A stretch of DNA of 64,000 nucleotides from Lama glama (GCA_028534125.1 CM052817.1:100194001-100258000); one strand, 5' to 3'; positions 35,671-49,379 are shown, numbered from the stretch's first letter. The notes: generated from the letters alone by a model not told the origin. Made by a program: numbers and translations.

Positions 35671-38600
35671 CCCCTCATTTGTGGGCACCTCTGAAAGTCA
35701 GAGCCTTCCTGAGATTCCTGTTCATTTCCTCATCTGTAGAATAGTGACAGTAACATCCTTCTAACAAGGTTGTTGTTAGAAAGATTCCACAAGGAGCCTC
35801 ATAAACTGCAATGTCTGATGCTTCACGTCGTGTGTGACACCAGTGGCACCAGTGACGTCAGTGCACAGCCTGGTCCTTCTCTCTTTTTCTCACTCCTCCA
35901 TCTGTTTTCCCTTTCTTTCACTTTCTCCCTCTTTCCTTCTTTCTGCCTTTGTCTTTCTCTCTCTTTTGGCCCCCTCTCCCATTTTTCCTTCTTTCTTTTA
36001 TTCTGTTTTTCTTTTTCAGAGGAAAAAGAGCTGGAAGGACAGAATTATGCTTCAAAGCATGTTCCCTCACACACATATAACAGGAGGTCACGTGTGGCTT
36101 TTTATGTTCTTTCTGAGTTTTCAGTTTTGGCCAAGGGCCCCGAAGGCTGAGAACAGAAGACGTCAAATCACCCACAAAAGACATGCTAAGAGACAGTGAA
36201 GCAGATTTTGATCCTCCGTTTACAGCCCACCTTGAGGTAGATTAAAAAGAAAATCCTTTAAAGAGGCAAAATCAGAGGAGATAATTTCTTTGGAGAGAGT
36301 AATCAGCGCTGAGAGTTTCCCTCATATGAGACCAAGGGAGCCAGGGGGACCTTTCGGGGGCTGGACACATTAGTCTCTGGACATGTGGGGCCCCCTGGGG
36401 CTGCTTCCTCACACATGTCTGGAGATTCAAAGGCTGGAGACTGGCTGAGGAGCTGGTGGGCAGCAGGGTGGGAGAACGGGACTGCTACGTGAGATGCTGA
36501 ACACCTGGAATTGGGTTGTCCTGAGCGCCATCTTGATTGGAGAAATCCAACTGGAAGTCATCTCGGAAGGACCACTGGGCCCAGCGAGGCAGCTCGGCAG
36601 GGATGTGTGGTGAGAGGGTGAAGGACTGCCTGGGGCGGGAGCAGGTCTTAAGAGGGCAATGTGAGGCATCACCCAGGTCAAGGGGAAAGGAATCTCCTTG
36701 CCATTGGACTTCAGAGCTGGACTGTCCAGGTTTGAATCCACACTCTGCCATTTTCTAACTATGGGCAAATGAGGTACCATCTTTACGACTTAATTTCCCC
36801 ACTGCACTATTTATTCCCAGGCAGCCCCTACACTAAATTACATCCATGCAGGTCTTTCAGACTTTGTCCTTTAATCCTTTCTGCCCTGAGCTCAAGCCTG
36901 AGGATCTTGAACCAGATACAGTGAGTTGGAAGTGAAGTTAAAAGAGAGAAAGGGCTCCCTCCCTCCTAAGAGGCTCAAGGCTCTTCCTTTCTCCCATCCC
37001 CAATAAATTTCCCAATCTAAGGCAGACCCAAGTTGAGGGGGAAGGGAGGAACTTTAAATAAACACAAGAAAAAGAAAAAATAAGAAGATGGGTAAGAGAT
37101 TGCATTGGTCTGGCCTGGAGCTGTTAGTATGTGGGAGTGACTGGAAAAGCTGTAAGGTCTTCCTGGGATGTGTCTCCAGGTGGGGAGGACTAAGGCCACA
37201 GGGAGAACCAAGGAACCAAGATACTTCCTGCTTGTAGCCAGTCTTGTCCAACAAACTCATTCAATAAATATAAGTTTAGGGATTATTTTAAAACTGGCTT
37301 TTCCAGCAAATGTTTCCAATTCTCTCACCCCCTCACCCCAGTGATTGGGTAAGCGGTGGTGTAATTTCAGAGGCAGAGTCACTTCCCTTCTGTGACATAC
37401 GAATATTGCCTGAAATCCTGAGTTCCAGGTTTCTCTAGGAGAATCCTGGGCACAGGGGATGACAAAAGATGGGGCATGCTGGCCTCAGTGCAAATCATCC
37501 GTGAAGAAGACCTTAAAAACCTTTTAAGATGTTTTGATTTTTGACACCCTTTGCTGACTTATTCCTCAAGGGGTAAGACTCTTCCTGGGGTTTTCTAAGT
37601 GTCTTGGCAATTCCTGATTTTTGAGTAATTTTCTAATTTCATTAATTTTGTTGTTCTATTTTCCCAAGGGATCCTCCTGTGACTTGAAACATTTAAAGTT
37701 GTCACTGAAGCGTGTGCTTTCCTTGCCTGACTGTGCAGGTATCTCATTTTGGCAAATCACTGCTACCAGCTGTGATTGAAATATGGAGCCAATGCTTCAG
37801 GACTGACGCCGAAGATGGTCTTCCTGCAGGACAGATGGTACCTCCGGCGTGACTCAGACCCGCCATCTAAGCCCATGCGGCCTTGGATGTGTGCCTGAGG
37901 TCAAGGGTCAGATCAACTTGTAAGTGGGCCCCAGGCCAGCCGAGCAGATGGGTGAAGGTGGAGAGCCAGCAGACCACGTGGGGCCAAAACAGAGTAGTAG
38001 GGTAGCATTTCATTCTCTCCCCAGAGAGGCCCTGGTCCTTAAAGATAAAAATGATGGTTTACCACGGAAGCAAGGCATTTGAAGAGAGACTTTTCCACTT
38101 TCCAGTCAGATGCCCTCAGGCGTGGAGTCGGTGCGAGAACTCTGCAACTCCACCTTTATCTGAACTGACCAAAACAGCTCCTTTGGAGAAGAAAACTGGG
38201 ACCTTCCAGGGACTGATAGTGCAGTCTCTCCTGACATATCCTGAGCATAGAGTGAGTGCTCTGGGTCAGTGTGGACCTAGGTGATCTGGACCCTGGGTTG
38301 GTGGCCCCGATGGTGATGAGGGCAGAATAGGGGAGTGGAGGAACAGAGGGAGCCCGGGGCCGGCAGAGAAAATGGGTTTTCAGGACTTTCCCTCTTCCTC
38401 TCTGATCTCTCCCCCTCTCTCTCTTCTGCAAAGTGTTTGTGCCATAAATACCCTGTCGGCTGTACAGCTGACATCCTGGAGTCACCTCTATCTGCAGCAG
38501 TTGGCTGGCCCAGGGGCCTGCCAGCCAAGTGTCACAGATGCCTTGCAGGGGACAGGTCTGGGACAGTAAAGAACACCATGTGCTGGTCCGCACATCTACA

Positions 38601-39074
38601 TTTATTTCTGCCCAATAGGCAACATGCTTACCTGGCCGGGAAGGTTGGAAATGCCAGGCTTTCAGTGCGTCCATTCTGGACACATGGAAATGTCTTGGGA
38701 AAGCCAGAGGCAGTCTAGCTGGGTAGGGCAGCTGGGGACTTTGTGGACAGAGAGAAGACAGCGGAGCTGGAGTGGAGCTCTGCTGATGGCAAAGGGGAAG
38801 TACCGTGATTGGTGTGCACTCATCCTTATTCTGGGGGACAGAAAAGGCCAGCGTTGCAGCTCAGCTCTACCTTAGGCTACAGATCTGAGTTTGAAAGACA
38901 TGATTCCTTTCACCCAGAGAAGGTGACTTACAGTGGTGTACAACATCCAGTATGATAACCAAAGAGCCATCTGAGACAGCAGTTGGGAAGTAGATGGGTC
39001 CCAGCATCACAGGTGGACCTTAGCTGGGTACCACCTTTATACAAGTATGTGCGTATCAAAAGGTACATATGCCA

Positions 39075-39177
39075 ACGTATGACTGAAACATGATGCTGTA
39101 CACCAGAAATCGACACAACGTTGTAAACTGACTATACTTCAATTTGAAAAATTTCTTTAAAAGGAAGCATTAAAAAA
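39075..39177 (+). mobile_element. Very short L1 3' end
   Basis: gctgtacaccagaaatcgacacaac...tatacttcaat. 17-bp TSD aaaa(g/a)gtacatatgcca. Confidence 0.85.
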
Positions 39178-41040
39178 AAAAAGTACATATGCCACATTCA
39201 ATTCTGCACTCCTAGCCTTGGTTCCTTACCTCTCTCCAGAACTTATTTCACAAACGTTACTGTTTGCTACACATTGTCCTTAGCACTTCGCAATTGTCAA
39301 CACAGTCTGTTCTAATAGCAACCTTATGTCAAGGTACCCTTATCATTTGTGTTTTACAGATGAGAGAAGAGTTTCTGCAAGGTCACAGCTAGCGTGATGC
39401 AGACTGGGATTCGAACTCCACTCCAGAGTCCATCCTCTCAACGATTCGGCTTTATTTTCTACCCGGGAACTATAGCTAATTCACAACACACGTGTCTTGT
39501 GCCTTTCTCCCCCACCAGATCGGGAGCTGCCTACAGACAAGGATCATGTTTGGTTTACCTTTGTTTCCTCCCACTGAGTAACAGAGTATCTAGTTGGCAC
39601 TCAGTGAATGTATTTTTAACCATAACCCTTGGCACCAACCGCCATGCCATTATCTCCTCCGTGGCACAAATTGTAGAATAAACAGCTTTCGTTTCTGTTT
39701 GGCACCCCGGCTGCCTTTCCGACTGTTTGCCACACTCCTCCTGGAGCTCTGTGCCCTTGACTCTTCCTGAATGTTTATTATGATTGCAGGAAGCAGCTCG
39801 GGATGAACAGCCGGCTGCCAACTAGGTGTGACTAGCCTCTCGGGTCTGTTTGTTCCGGCCACAGATAGCCACCCACAGCACACAGCAGCACTTTTGAAAG
39901 TGCCTCCTCCCTCAAGATTCTCTCCTCTGCCCCCGAGAAGTTGCCTAGCAACCTCCCTTCTTCCCTCTCTCACTGCCTCACGTGGACCACCATTCCTATT
40001 TTCATTACCCCGTCATCAAGCCCGCAAACTCTCTTCCATGCTGTTAACCCTTTGCATCTCTCTGCCTCATTATCCCATCAAACTGCACGCGGACTCCAGT
40101 TTCAAAATAAACTCCGCTTGACTCAGAAAGCATCCCTCATTCCCCATCTTTTACATTTTTAGAGATGTCTTTACAACATCTTTTCTCTATTAACCTCAAG
40201 ATCAAACTACCAAAGAAAGAGGCAAAAAATGAAATAAAACAAAACAAAACTACAAACTGGAATTTCCTAAGAGGTTTATTCAAGCTTTAAATAACTTTTT
40301 TTCTCTTAAAAAAAATCAGATCATACCATACATCCATCACACGTGTCATCTGGTGGGATGGTAGGATGGGACGGGGTATAACATAATAGATGAAAGTAAC
40401 ATGAGGCATTTTCACTTATGCCCGCACCAGGAGATGTTTCTCCTCTGCTATCCCACTTCAGACCCTAGAAGAGAAGGAAACGTCCAGCTCTCTCTTGAAA
40501 GCCGTTGGCAATAATGGCATGGTGATTGCTGGTGTATTTGCCGCCATTTTGCCTGCCATTGGCTAAGAGCATGGTCATTGGAGGCAGGCAATAGGCAGTG
40601 GATCTTCAGCCTCACCTCCTCCACAGAGAAAGGCAGGTTCCCGGGAAAACAGAGGGAGAATCAGCCCTTCTTAATATCAGGTAAGGGCATGTTTACTTGA
40701 TCCCAGACCTGAGTTTTCACAAGTATGTGTGTCTTAAATCTTGACTCTAGACTGTGTTTCATCTACTAGACAGAGAACAGTACAGCACTGCCCCAGTCCT
40801 GCTGTCAGGAGGAGGGAACCTGCAGAAGATGAGCTGTCTGAGGCCAAGGGCTTTGTTTCACCAAGAACACACAACCAGTGACCCTCTGCCTTCTCCAACA
40901 TGTAACCAGCACCTTGTCACTCTGTGGGCCCCTGCCATCTGCTCAGAGCAGCCTGGGAGAGGGGCCTGGGGAAGTTCAAGGGCAGCACAGTTGGGTGAGC
41001 CCTGGCCTTTTGTCCAAGAGGAGACGGTTTCCGACTCCTT

Positions 41041-41109
41041 CAGGATCGCCATGTATAGCTGTTTAGGTTGTTCACCACACAACCTGCACAGCCACATGGG
41101 GCAGCTCTG
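41041..41109. mobile_element. MER91-like short hAT-Tip100 MITE
   Basis: cagg..gccatgtatagctgtttaggttgttcaccacacaac...ggcagctctg. Confidence 0.55.
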
Positions 41110-41278
41110 AACCTTTTAAAACTCATTGTCGCTCAGTTGTGGAGAGTGCCCTTAATGCTTCTACCCTCATCCTTCCATTTTTTTTCTATCCTTCAGTTCT
41201 ATTCTACCTGAACAAATAACCATTTGTATACTACACTTGTATCACATTGGACTTTAAGCTCCAATAAAAAAATTCCAT

Positions 41279-42036
41279 GTAGTTTGGTGCAGCCATTATG
41301 GAAAACAGTATGAAGATTTCTTAAAACAAACAAACAAACAAACAAAACAAAACAAAACTGAAAATAGACTTACCATATGATCCAGCAATCCCACTCCTGG
41401 GCATATATCTGGAGGGTGCTGTAATTCGAAAAGATACATGCACCCCAATGTTCATAGCAGCACTATTTACAATAGCCAAGATGTGGAAGCAACATAAATG
41501 TTTTGACAGATGAATGGATAAAGAAGATGTAGTATGTATATGTGTATGTATGTATGTGTGTATGTGTATATATATCACAATGGAATATTACTCAGCCATA
41601 AAAAAGAATGAAATAATGTTTTCAGCAACATGGATGGACCTGGAGATTGTCATACTAAATAAAGTATGCCAGAAAGAGAAAGAAAAATACCATACAAAAT
41701 CATTTATATGTGAAATCTAAAAAAAAAAATGACACAAATGAACTCATTTACAAAACAGAAACAGACTCACAGAGAAAACAAACTTACAGTTACCAGAGGG
41801 GAAAGAGGAGGATGGAGGGATAAATTGGGAATTTGGGATTTGTAGGTACACACTGCTATATATTAAACAGATGAATAACAAGGGCTTACTGTATAGCACA
41901 GGGAACTCTATTCAATATAATGAAAAATAATATGAAAAGGAATGTATGTATACGTATAACTGAATCACCATGCCCTATACCAGAAATTAACACAACACTG
42001 TAAACTGACTATATGTCAATTAAAAAAAAAAGCCAG
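41279..42036 (+). mobile_element. 5'-truncated camelid-type L1
   Basis: ORF2 C-terminal end plus 3' UTR and A-tail. TSD aaaaaaattcc(c)at. Internal (AAAC)n. Confidence 0.9.
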
Positions 42037-42644
42037 AAAAAAATTCCCATCTTGCATCCCGTCTTTTTACTGAGGACTGGTTTCCCAGAACAGGAGAGGC
42101 AAAGGGGGATGGAGGCAAGGATGAGATCAGATCCGAGCCCAGCCTTACCTACTCCTGGCTGAATCCAGACTCCCAGGTTCCCGTTCTTCCCTGAGCACCC
42201 AGCCCCGTGTCTAAATCTAAATCTGACAGCAGAAGTGCAGGAGTGGGCAGGTGGGAGAAGCAGGATCCTGGCTCCAAAGGGATCTGCCCGATTTAGTAAT
42301 AAAAGTCTTTATCTCAGCTCCCTGTCCTTATGGTAGTTGCACCAGAATAGTGATTTCTTCTTTATCTCTTAGGCTCAGCAGACTGGGTTCTGTTAAAATT
42401 ACTGCGATCCAGGGCTGGAGAGCTGGAGGGCCCAGACGCATAGGGAGGAGTGAGAGGGCACACAGATTTATGTCATGGAATTAATTCTGCTCCATGGTTT
42501 CTCATTTCTGCAGAATTTCCTTCAAGGTGTTTAGTGCTGAGATTTGCGGGGAGCTTTGCTAAATGGAGCAAGCCTGGAGAAGAAATGCCTTGTCACTCTT
42601 GGGAAAGGTAGGTATCATGTTAGTTTCATATGACTGCCCTGTTA

Positions 42645-42870
42645 GTAACAATCACTGCTATTTACTGAGTGCTTGCACAGTGTCAGGCATTCAGATAAAA
42701 ACCGTATGTTAATTTTCTCACTAGGTTCTTTCAACAATCCTGTGGAGTAGGTACTGTAATCCTTCCCATGATATGGACGAGAAAACTGAGTCTCACAGAG
42801 ACTAAGTAACCTCTGGTGGCTGGTGATCATCCAGATCAGAGCCCAGAGCTTTCTTTCCAAATGAACTACA
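42645..42870 (-). mobile_element. MIR
   Basis: tatttactgagtgctt...aacaatcctgtggagtaggtac...aaactgag. Confidence 0.75.
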
Positions 42871-43729
42871 GTTAACTTTAATGATTCAGGGTGCTCGGAA
42901 GTAATTTCTTTCTTACAGAAGAAAAATCCACATCCGACTAAAGAAAAATTGAGAAAACACTTAATTACCAATAGAGGCAGTGGCAGCTGGGAATTATCCC
43001 CCTTGGACACCTCAGACCTCTTAGTGACGGGGTTAGTTTTTAATACCACCTCTCCCCTCTTCACTTGGGCCCCTCTTAATGCACCACTTGGGCACAAATA
43101 TTTGTTTGATTCATTTGAAGGATGTTCCAGTGAAGCTGTTTTCCCTCCATTTCTCTTCCCAGTTTGCAGAACAAAGGAGGAACAATGTGGTGTCCAGATC
43201 AAGAGAGAACACTGAAAGATGGCTTGGCCACACCTGCCTCTGCTGCTCCCAGCTCTGCCAAGGGGTCCAGCAGACGCTTCTTTCTACACTTGCTTGAGGT
43301 TTGTGCTCTCACAGCCACTGCATTTCTGGGAAAAGTAAAATGAACTACACGGTCACAGTTGCTACTCCTGAAAATTCAGAGTTCACAGACCAAGGAATGG
43401 AAGCCAAGAGAAACAATATGCCAGTCTTCTCCTTCTCAAGTCATCTGTAAGCAGGTTTTGATCAAATTTGGGAGACAGAACCACCAAACTTCTACAAAAA
43501 TCCAAGAGTTCTCTGGGCACCAAGATTCAGCCATGTAGACCAGCCATATTAAAACTTGGATCAGATTCTCCATGATCATTGCTGTTCCCCTCCACTCCCA
43601 GGGCAGCCCTTCACAGTTGTGTAGATTGAGCACTGAACCACCCAGGGAGCACCATCACGAACATTATAGATATAGAATGCTTGTGTATTTATTGCAACGA
43701 ATTTCTAGCAGATAGCAGCCAAGTATCTT

Positions 43730-43790
43730 GATGAAGGAGTGCCTTTTTCTAATTCATACAAAGGTGCCCTATGGGCTAGTGGTGATTCTG
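43730..43790 (+). mobile_element. MER91A-like 3' terminus
   Basis: gcctttttctaattcatacaaaggtgccctatgggctagtgg. Confidence 0.6.
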
Positions 43791-44133
43791 TTACTCCTCC
43801 AGGTGAAGAAGGCAGATGGCTCAGTGGCAGGGAAAGTCGGAAGTGGGGGCAGTAGTCGAAAGGAAGTCCGTGTGGACAGGTGAAACAGCACCTGAGTTTG
43901 GAGCCTGCTGTGCCACTTACCAACATTGACTCTGCGTAAGTTGCTTAACTTCTGAGCCTCAGTTCCTACCTATATCATGGGCATAGTGATGGTCTTACCA
44001 ACGCTGCAGATTCTTTGTTCAGATTAAGAATATCTATATATGACAGACAAGTATCAAGATATGACATAAAATAAAAACAATCTGTAATTCCTTCACCACA
44101 TACACACAAAATGAATGTAACATTTATGTACGC

Positions 44134-44165
44134 GTGTGTGTGTGTGTGTGTGTGTGTATGCAAGG

Positions 44166-44202
<37 letters not shown>

Positions 44203-44219
44203 CATCCATCCATCCATCA
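44134..44219. repeat. Compound microsatellite (TG)n-(CTAT)n-(CCAT)n
   Basis: Directly visible. Confidence 0.95.
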
Positions 44220-44610
44220 CCTGGCCTCTGTTAGGCACTTGAGAAATTATATCTCTTATTATTATAAACCAGAAGAGTCCAAGTTGAAACCAAGATTCTT
44301 GGTTCTCTGCTCATGTCTTAAGAGCCTCTAAATAGGAAAATGACTTTCAAATGATGAAATTGGTTAAGAAATTCAACATAATATCAGTGTTATCTATGAG
44401 CAATACCTAGAACATTAAAGACCAATGCTAAATTGAAGACCAACTCTAAAGGTTTTTGAGCACTCATTGTTTGCTAGGATGACATTATGATGGGTTGCAA
44501 GGAGCAAAATGAACAGAAGATGGTGGGATTCTGAACTGGTACAAACATTCACTGATTCATTCTTTGACCAATTACTTACTCTGTGGTTGAGCACTGGGCT
44601 AGGAGCCGTG

Positions 44611-44985
44611 GACAAAAGCTCAGACTGGAGAGAAATTCTCCTGCTGCATTTAAAGACATAAGCTGCCAGGTTGTGAGAGGTTCCGTGTGACTCAGACCCA
44701 AGGAAGGCCTCTGGGAGCTGAAACTGACCCCTGGCTACCAGCCAGCAAGAAAATAGGAGCCTCAGTCCTACAACAGTGAGGCGCTGAGTTCTTCTAGCAA
44801 CTATGTGAGCTTGGAAGAGAACCCCAACCCTCACGTGAGATTGTAGCCTCTGCCAGCACCTTGATTTCAGAGTGGAGGACCCAGCCAACTTGTGCCTGAC
44901 ACACAGACATTTTGATATAATGAATGCGTGGCTGTAAGTTGCTAAGTTGGTGGTAATTTGTTACACAGCAATAGAAAACCAATAG
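44611..44985 (+). mobile_element. MLT1 (D/E-like) LTR
   Basis: ggcctctgggagctga...ggtaatttgttacacagcaatagaaaac. Confidence 0.8.
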
Positions 44986-47104
44986 AGGGTACTTGTTAAG
45001 TCACTTAACTTTCTTGAACCTTCTATTTTTCTATTCATCTCTAGAATAGGCATTCCTTTTAGATTGAGCGTAAGAATCACATGACATACCTAAAAGTGTT
45101 TTATACTATCTAAAAGTATTTAAAAGTATTTTATAAATTACCAAGCTATTAACATTGGTAAGAAGGATTTATTAATAAAAGGCAGTAATGCCATAAATTG
45201 ACATTGAAGGGGAAAACAAGGAACTAAGCATTTGTTTTAGGAAAAAAAGTGTATCTAATTAGTATTTATTTTTAGAAACCACTCTGGTCTTCCCTGCTAT
45301 TTAATGATCTATTTTTTCCTCCTTAGCAATCAGAGTTAGCAAGGCCTTCTGGCATGAGATTCAGTGTGATTTTGGGATGCAAACCAGAATATCTCCAAGA
45401 TGTATTGCCTTATGTAGGTTATTCCTATTTAAGAAGAAGCTGCAAGAAGGTTCTGAACATGTTCTGCCCTCCAGCTGACGCAAATTCCAAATCTTGCTGG
45501 TGTTGCCTTCACAGTGAAAATAAATACTGGTCTAAAGACTTGAGGACGAGACAAAATCAACAGAAACTGTCAGGATCATCGTCACAGATTATTAGAATGA
45601 CCTTTTAATTTGGAAAATCCTCCAAGGCCATGTCTGCTGGACTGGCCTTGGGAATCCGCAGGGGTCCCACTTTGAGAACTGCTGGTCTACAGAATCCAAT
45701 ACCACAAGAGATAGGGAATCAAGCAACAGGAACAATCTGGAGCCTTTCTAACTGCTAGAGTCAGTCCCAGATAGCAAACGTGTTCTTGAAAGAGTGGAGA
45801 CATCTGTTGACGTCAGAATTATTTTTATGTTAATGCTAATGTATTTGCCTTTGTCTTGTCTGAACATTTGTGCTGATGCTGCAAAGATGATAATGGGTAA
45901 AACTGCTGGTTAACACCAATCGAGGCAGAGGTACCAAACTGCCAGAAACTTACAGTGAAATAAACAAACATTACAAACCTCTATAAAACCAAGGCCATTT
46001 CCATTTAAGAATGTTCTTGATGAAGCAATAAAAATATTAATGTTATTAATTGCAACTCTTGCATACATGCCTATTTAATATTCTGTGGGGCAAAATGAAG
46101 TATACATAAGCCCTTATGTTGCAAATCAAATTATGGTGATTTTCTCAAGGAAAAATACTTGTGTGATTATTTGAGTTGTACTTTGCCTCCTGTGGACTAT
46201 CATCTTTTATTTGCAAAAAGAGCTCACTAACTATGGCTATTCAGACTTGAGTATTAGGCAGACATTTTTTGCTGAATGAACTAAGTGAACCTGTTATTTC
46301 AAGGAACACAACTGACAGTATTTGCTGCTAAAGACAACATTTGAGTTTTCCAGCAAAAATGAGAAAAGTTAGAATTTTGGAAAACCTGTTGACAGCTTCC
46401 CAATTCTTAATGACTTTTCTGATAAACCCATGATGATACAATAACTGATTTTTAAATATTGTACAATGAAATGTGTCAATATGTGGAAGATCAGCATAAC
46501 GTAGTGGATCTATCTTTTCCAATGACCAGGATTATAATACAATGTTATCAAATCAGGCAAGGATAAAAGACCCATTCAAATTAGATTCAAAGTAGACTAA
46601 ATGGGTTTACTATAACAGAATAGGACAAGTTCATGGACCTGTTTTCATATTCTGCATTCCAATTAACTTTTAAGGTACTATCTACCACTTGTTGAGTTTT
46701 GGTGTACTATCAAAGAAGAATATCCATAATTATATGAAAAGGTTATTAAAATATTTCCTTTTTTTCCAACTACATATCTGTGTGAGGCTAGATTTTATTT
46801 ATCTACATTAACCCCCCCAAAATCACAATGGATATGAGAATCCAGCTATTTTTTACTACTCTGAACATTAAAGAGATTTGTAAAAATGTGATATAATGCC
46901 ACTCTTACTACTGCCTTTTCTTTTTGTTTTGGAAAAGAAAATTGTTTCTCATTAATATATGTTCTTTCTGTTAGCCTGTAGTGGATTTGTTATTGTTATT
47001 TTTTTAGTGGATTAGAAAGTAAATACTGTTCAAATCTCTGTTTTAATTCCTAACATGTCAGGTTTGATAGATGTAATACACATAAACAAGACCTCTTTGG
47101 GACC

Positions 47105-47727
47105 TGTGATAGGCTGAAGAGAGGCCCGCAAAGTTGTCCACTTCCTTAGATGGTTACTAGACTTATCATGGCAATCATTTCATAATGTATTTAAATGTCA
47201 TATCACTACATTGTACACCTGAGGCTAATTTATAATGTTGTACATCAACTATACTTCAATTAAAAAAATGCAATTTAAAAAGATGTCCACAACCTAATCC
47301 CCGGAACCTGTAAATGTTACTTTGTATGGCAAAGAGAGCTTTACAGAAGTAGTTAAATCAAGAATCTTGAGATTCAGAGTATCCTGGATTAGCTGGATGG
47401 GGCTGGTGGAGTTACTCAGGTCCTCATGAAAGAGAGGCAGGTGCTCAGGGGGCCAGCAGGAGATGAGGACAGAAGCAGAGATTAAAACTACGAGAGGAAG
47501 GAATCATGAGTGTAGAACTATTGGTGGCCTCAAGGAGCTGCAAGAAACAAGGAAACTCTATCTTCAGAGCCTCCAGAAGAAATCAGAGCTGTTGATGCCT
47601 TGACTTTAACTGAGGGAGACTGACTTTGGATTTCTGACCTTCAAAACTGTAAGGAAATAAAATCTCACTGTTTTATGTCACTAAGTGTGTGGTAATTTGT
47701 TACAGCAGAGGCAAGAAAACTAATACA
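47105..47727 (+). mobile_element. MLT1C-like LTR
   Basis: tgtgataggctgaa...cctaatccccggaacctgtaaatgttac...ggtaatttgttacagcag...taataca. Confidence 0.8.
47148..47277 (+). mobile_element. Short L1 3' end inside the MLT1
   Basis: ttgtacacctgaggcta...caactatacttcaattaaaaaaa. TSD aaag(t/a)tgtccac. Confidence 0.8.
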
Positions 47728-48307
47728 GAGTCTTCAGTAATTTTTAAGAGTAGTAAGGGGTCTTGAGACCAAAAGTTTGAGAACCTCCACTCTATGATAA
47801 CTCCATGGAATGAGACCATGGGCAGGATGGATTGGCCCAAATAATTCCCCAGGGTGCAGAGGGGTCACTGAGTGAGATTAATCCCAGATAAGCTTGGGTT
47901 CCTTCAGGGTCTGGAATGTAGAAAGTGCTCCATAATTATATATTCATAAAGGAACTAGTAAATAGATGGACCCCCTGTTCTTTGTCACTTAAATGTGACA
48001 TGATTTATGGAGCTCCCACTCAATGCTGAACACGGTTACAGTTACCCCTGTTCCACACGATGACGTCGCACGTAGGTCCAGGAGGACGAGGGACTTGTCT
48101 GAGTCACACAGCTAGTGGGCGGCGAAGCCTGGGGTTGAGTCTGTATCAGTCTGGCCCCAAACCCATGTTCCTTCCTCCATGGAGTTGGATGAATTTACCC
48201 GATGTCGAATAGGCAGTAACCTACAGGTGGTATCTGTGTATTCCATCACCATTAATTTTTTCTGGCCACAAAGTAAGGATGAATCTAGCCACAGTGACAG
48301 GCCTCGG

Positions 48308-49140
48308 TCAACAGGCACATCAAAAATGCTCAACATTGCTCATTACCAGAGAAAAGCAAATCGAAACAAGAATATCAACTCATACTGCTCAGTCTACAAA
48401 TAATAAATGCTGGAGAGGGGTGTGGAGAAAAGAAACACCTCCTACATTGGTGTAGCCACTATAGAGAACAGTATGGAATTTCCTTAAAAACCTAGCAGAC
48501 TTACCATATGATCCAGCAATCCCACTCCTGGGCATCTATCTGGAGGAAACTAACTTAAAAAGATAAATGCACCCCGATGTTCATAGCAGCACTATTTACA
48601 ACAGCCAAGACATGGAAGCAACTAAATGTCCGATGACAATGAATGGATAAAGAAGATGTGATATATATACACAATGGAATATTATTCAGCTATAAAAAAT
48701 GAAATAATACTATTTGCAGCAATGTGGATGGACCCTGGGATTATCATAGTAAGTGAAGTAAGTCAGATGGAGAAAGACACATATCATATGATATCACTTG
48801 TATGTGGAATCTAAAACATGATATAAATGAACTTGTTTACAAAACAAACAGACTTACAGACATGGAAAACAGACTTCTGGTTACCAAAGGAGAATGGGGG
48901 TTGGGTGGAGGGGGACTGATTAGGAGTTTGGGATTAGCAGATACAAACTATTATTTACAAAATAAATAAACAACGAGGTCCTACTGTACAGCATGGGGAA
49001 CTGTATTCAATATCTTGTAATAACCTATAATGGAAAAGAATCTGAAAAAGAATGAAAAAAATACATATATAAAACTGAATCACTTTGCTGTATGCTAGAA
49101 ACTAACACAACATTGTGAATCAACTATACTTATAAAAAAT
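48308..49140 (+). mobile_element. 5'-truncated L1
   Basis: ORF2 C-terminal coding remnant plus 3' UTR. Confidence 0.9.
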
Positions 49141-49379
49141 ACCCAAAAGAGCCAGGCCTGGGTGGGGTGGGGTAGAAAGGAAGGGTGAATGGGAAATTAA
49201 TGTCTCCTGAGCACCTACTATGATCATCAGCCTCGCTCATTTCACTGGGTATCATGTCTACCGTGGTGGCAAAAACCCTTTGTGATTTACCCCAAAAGTG
49301 GCTTGTTTTCATGTGGAAGGGTTTCTTTCCCTCAGATTTTAAATGAAAGGAATGGATAAGTTCATAGTCAGGAAACAAT

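Larger units (their letters stand above)
45840..47790. mobile_element. Charlie1-like hAT DNA transposon remnant, split by MLT1
   Basis: ctatggctattcagacttgagtattaggcagacattt. Terminus taatttttaagag...gagaccaaaagtttgagaac resumes at 47728. Confidence 0.8.

Noticed and set aside
38156..38683. 175-aa minus-strand ORF with overlapping ORFs
   Set aside because: No recognisable homology or exon context; typical of GC-richer non-coding DNA.
42642..43202. 186-aa ORF
   Set aside because: Non-ATG start and the C-terminal part is read from a MIR.
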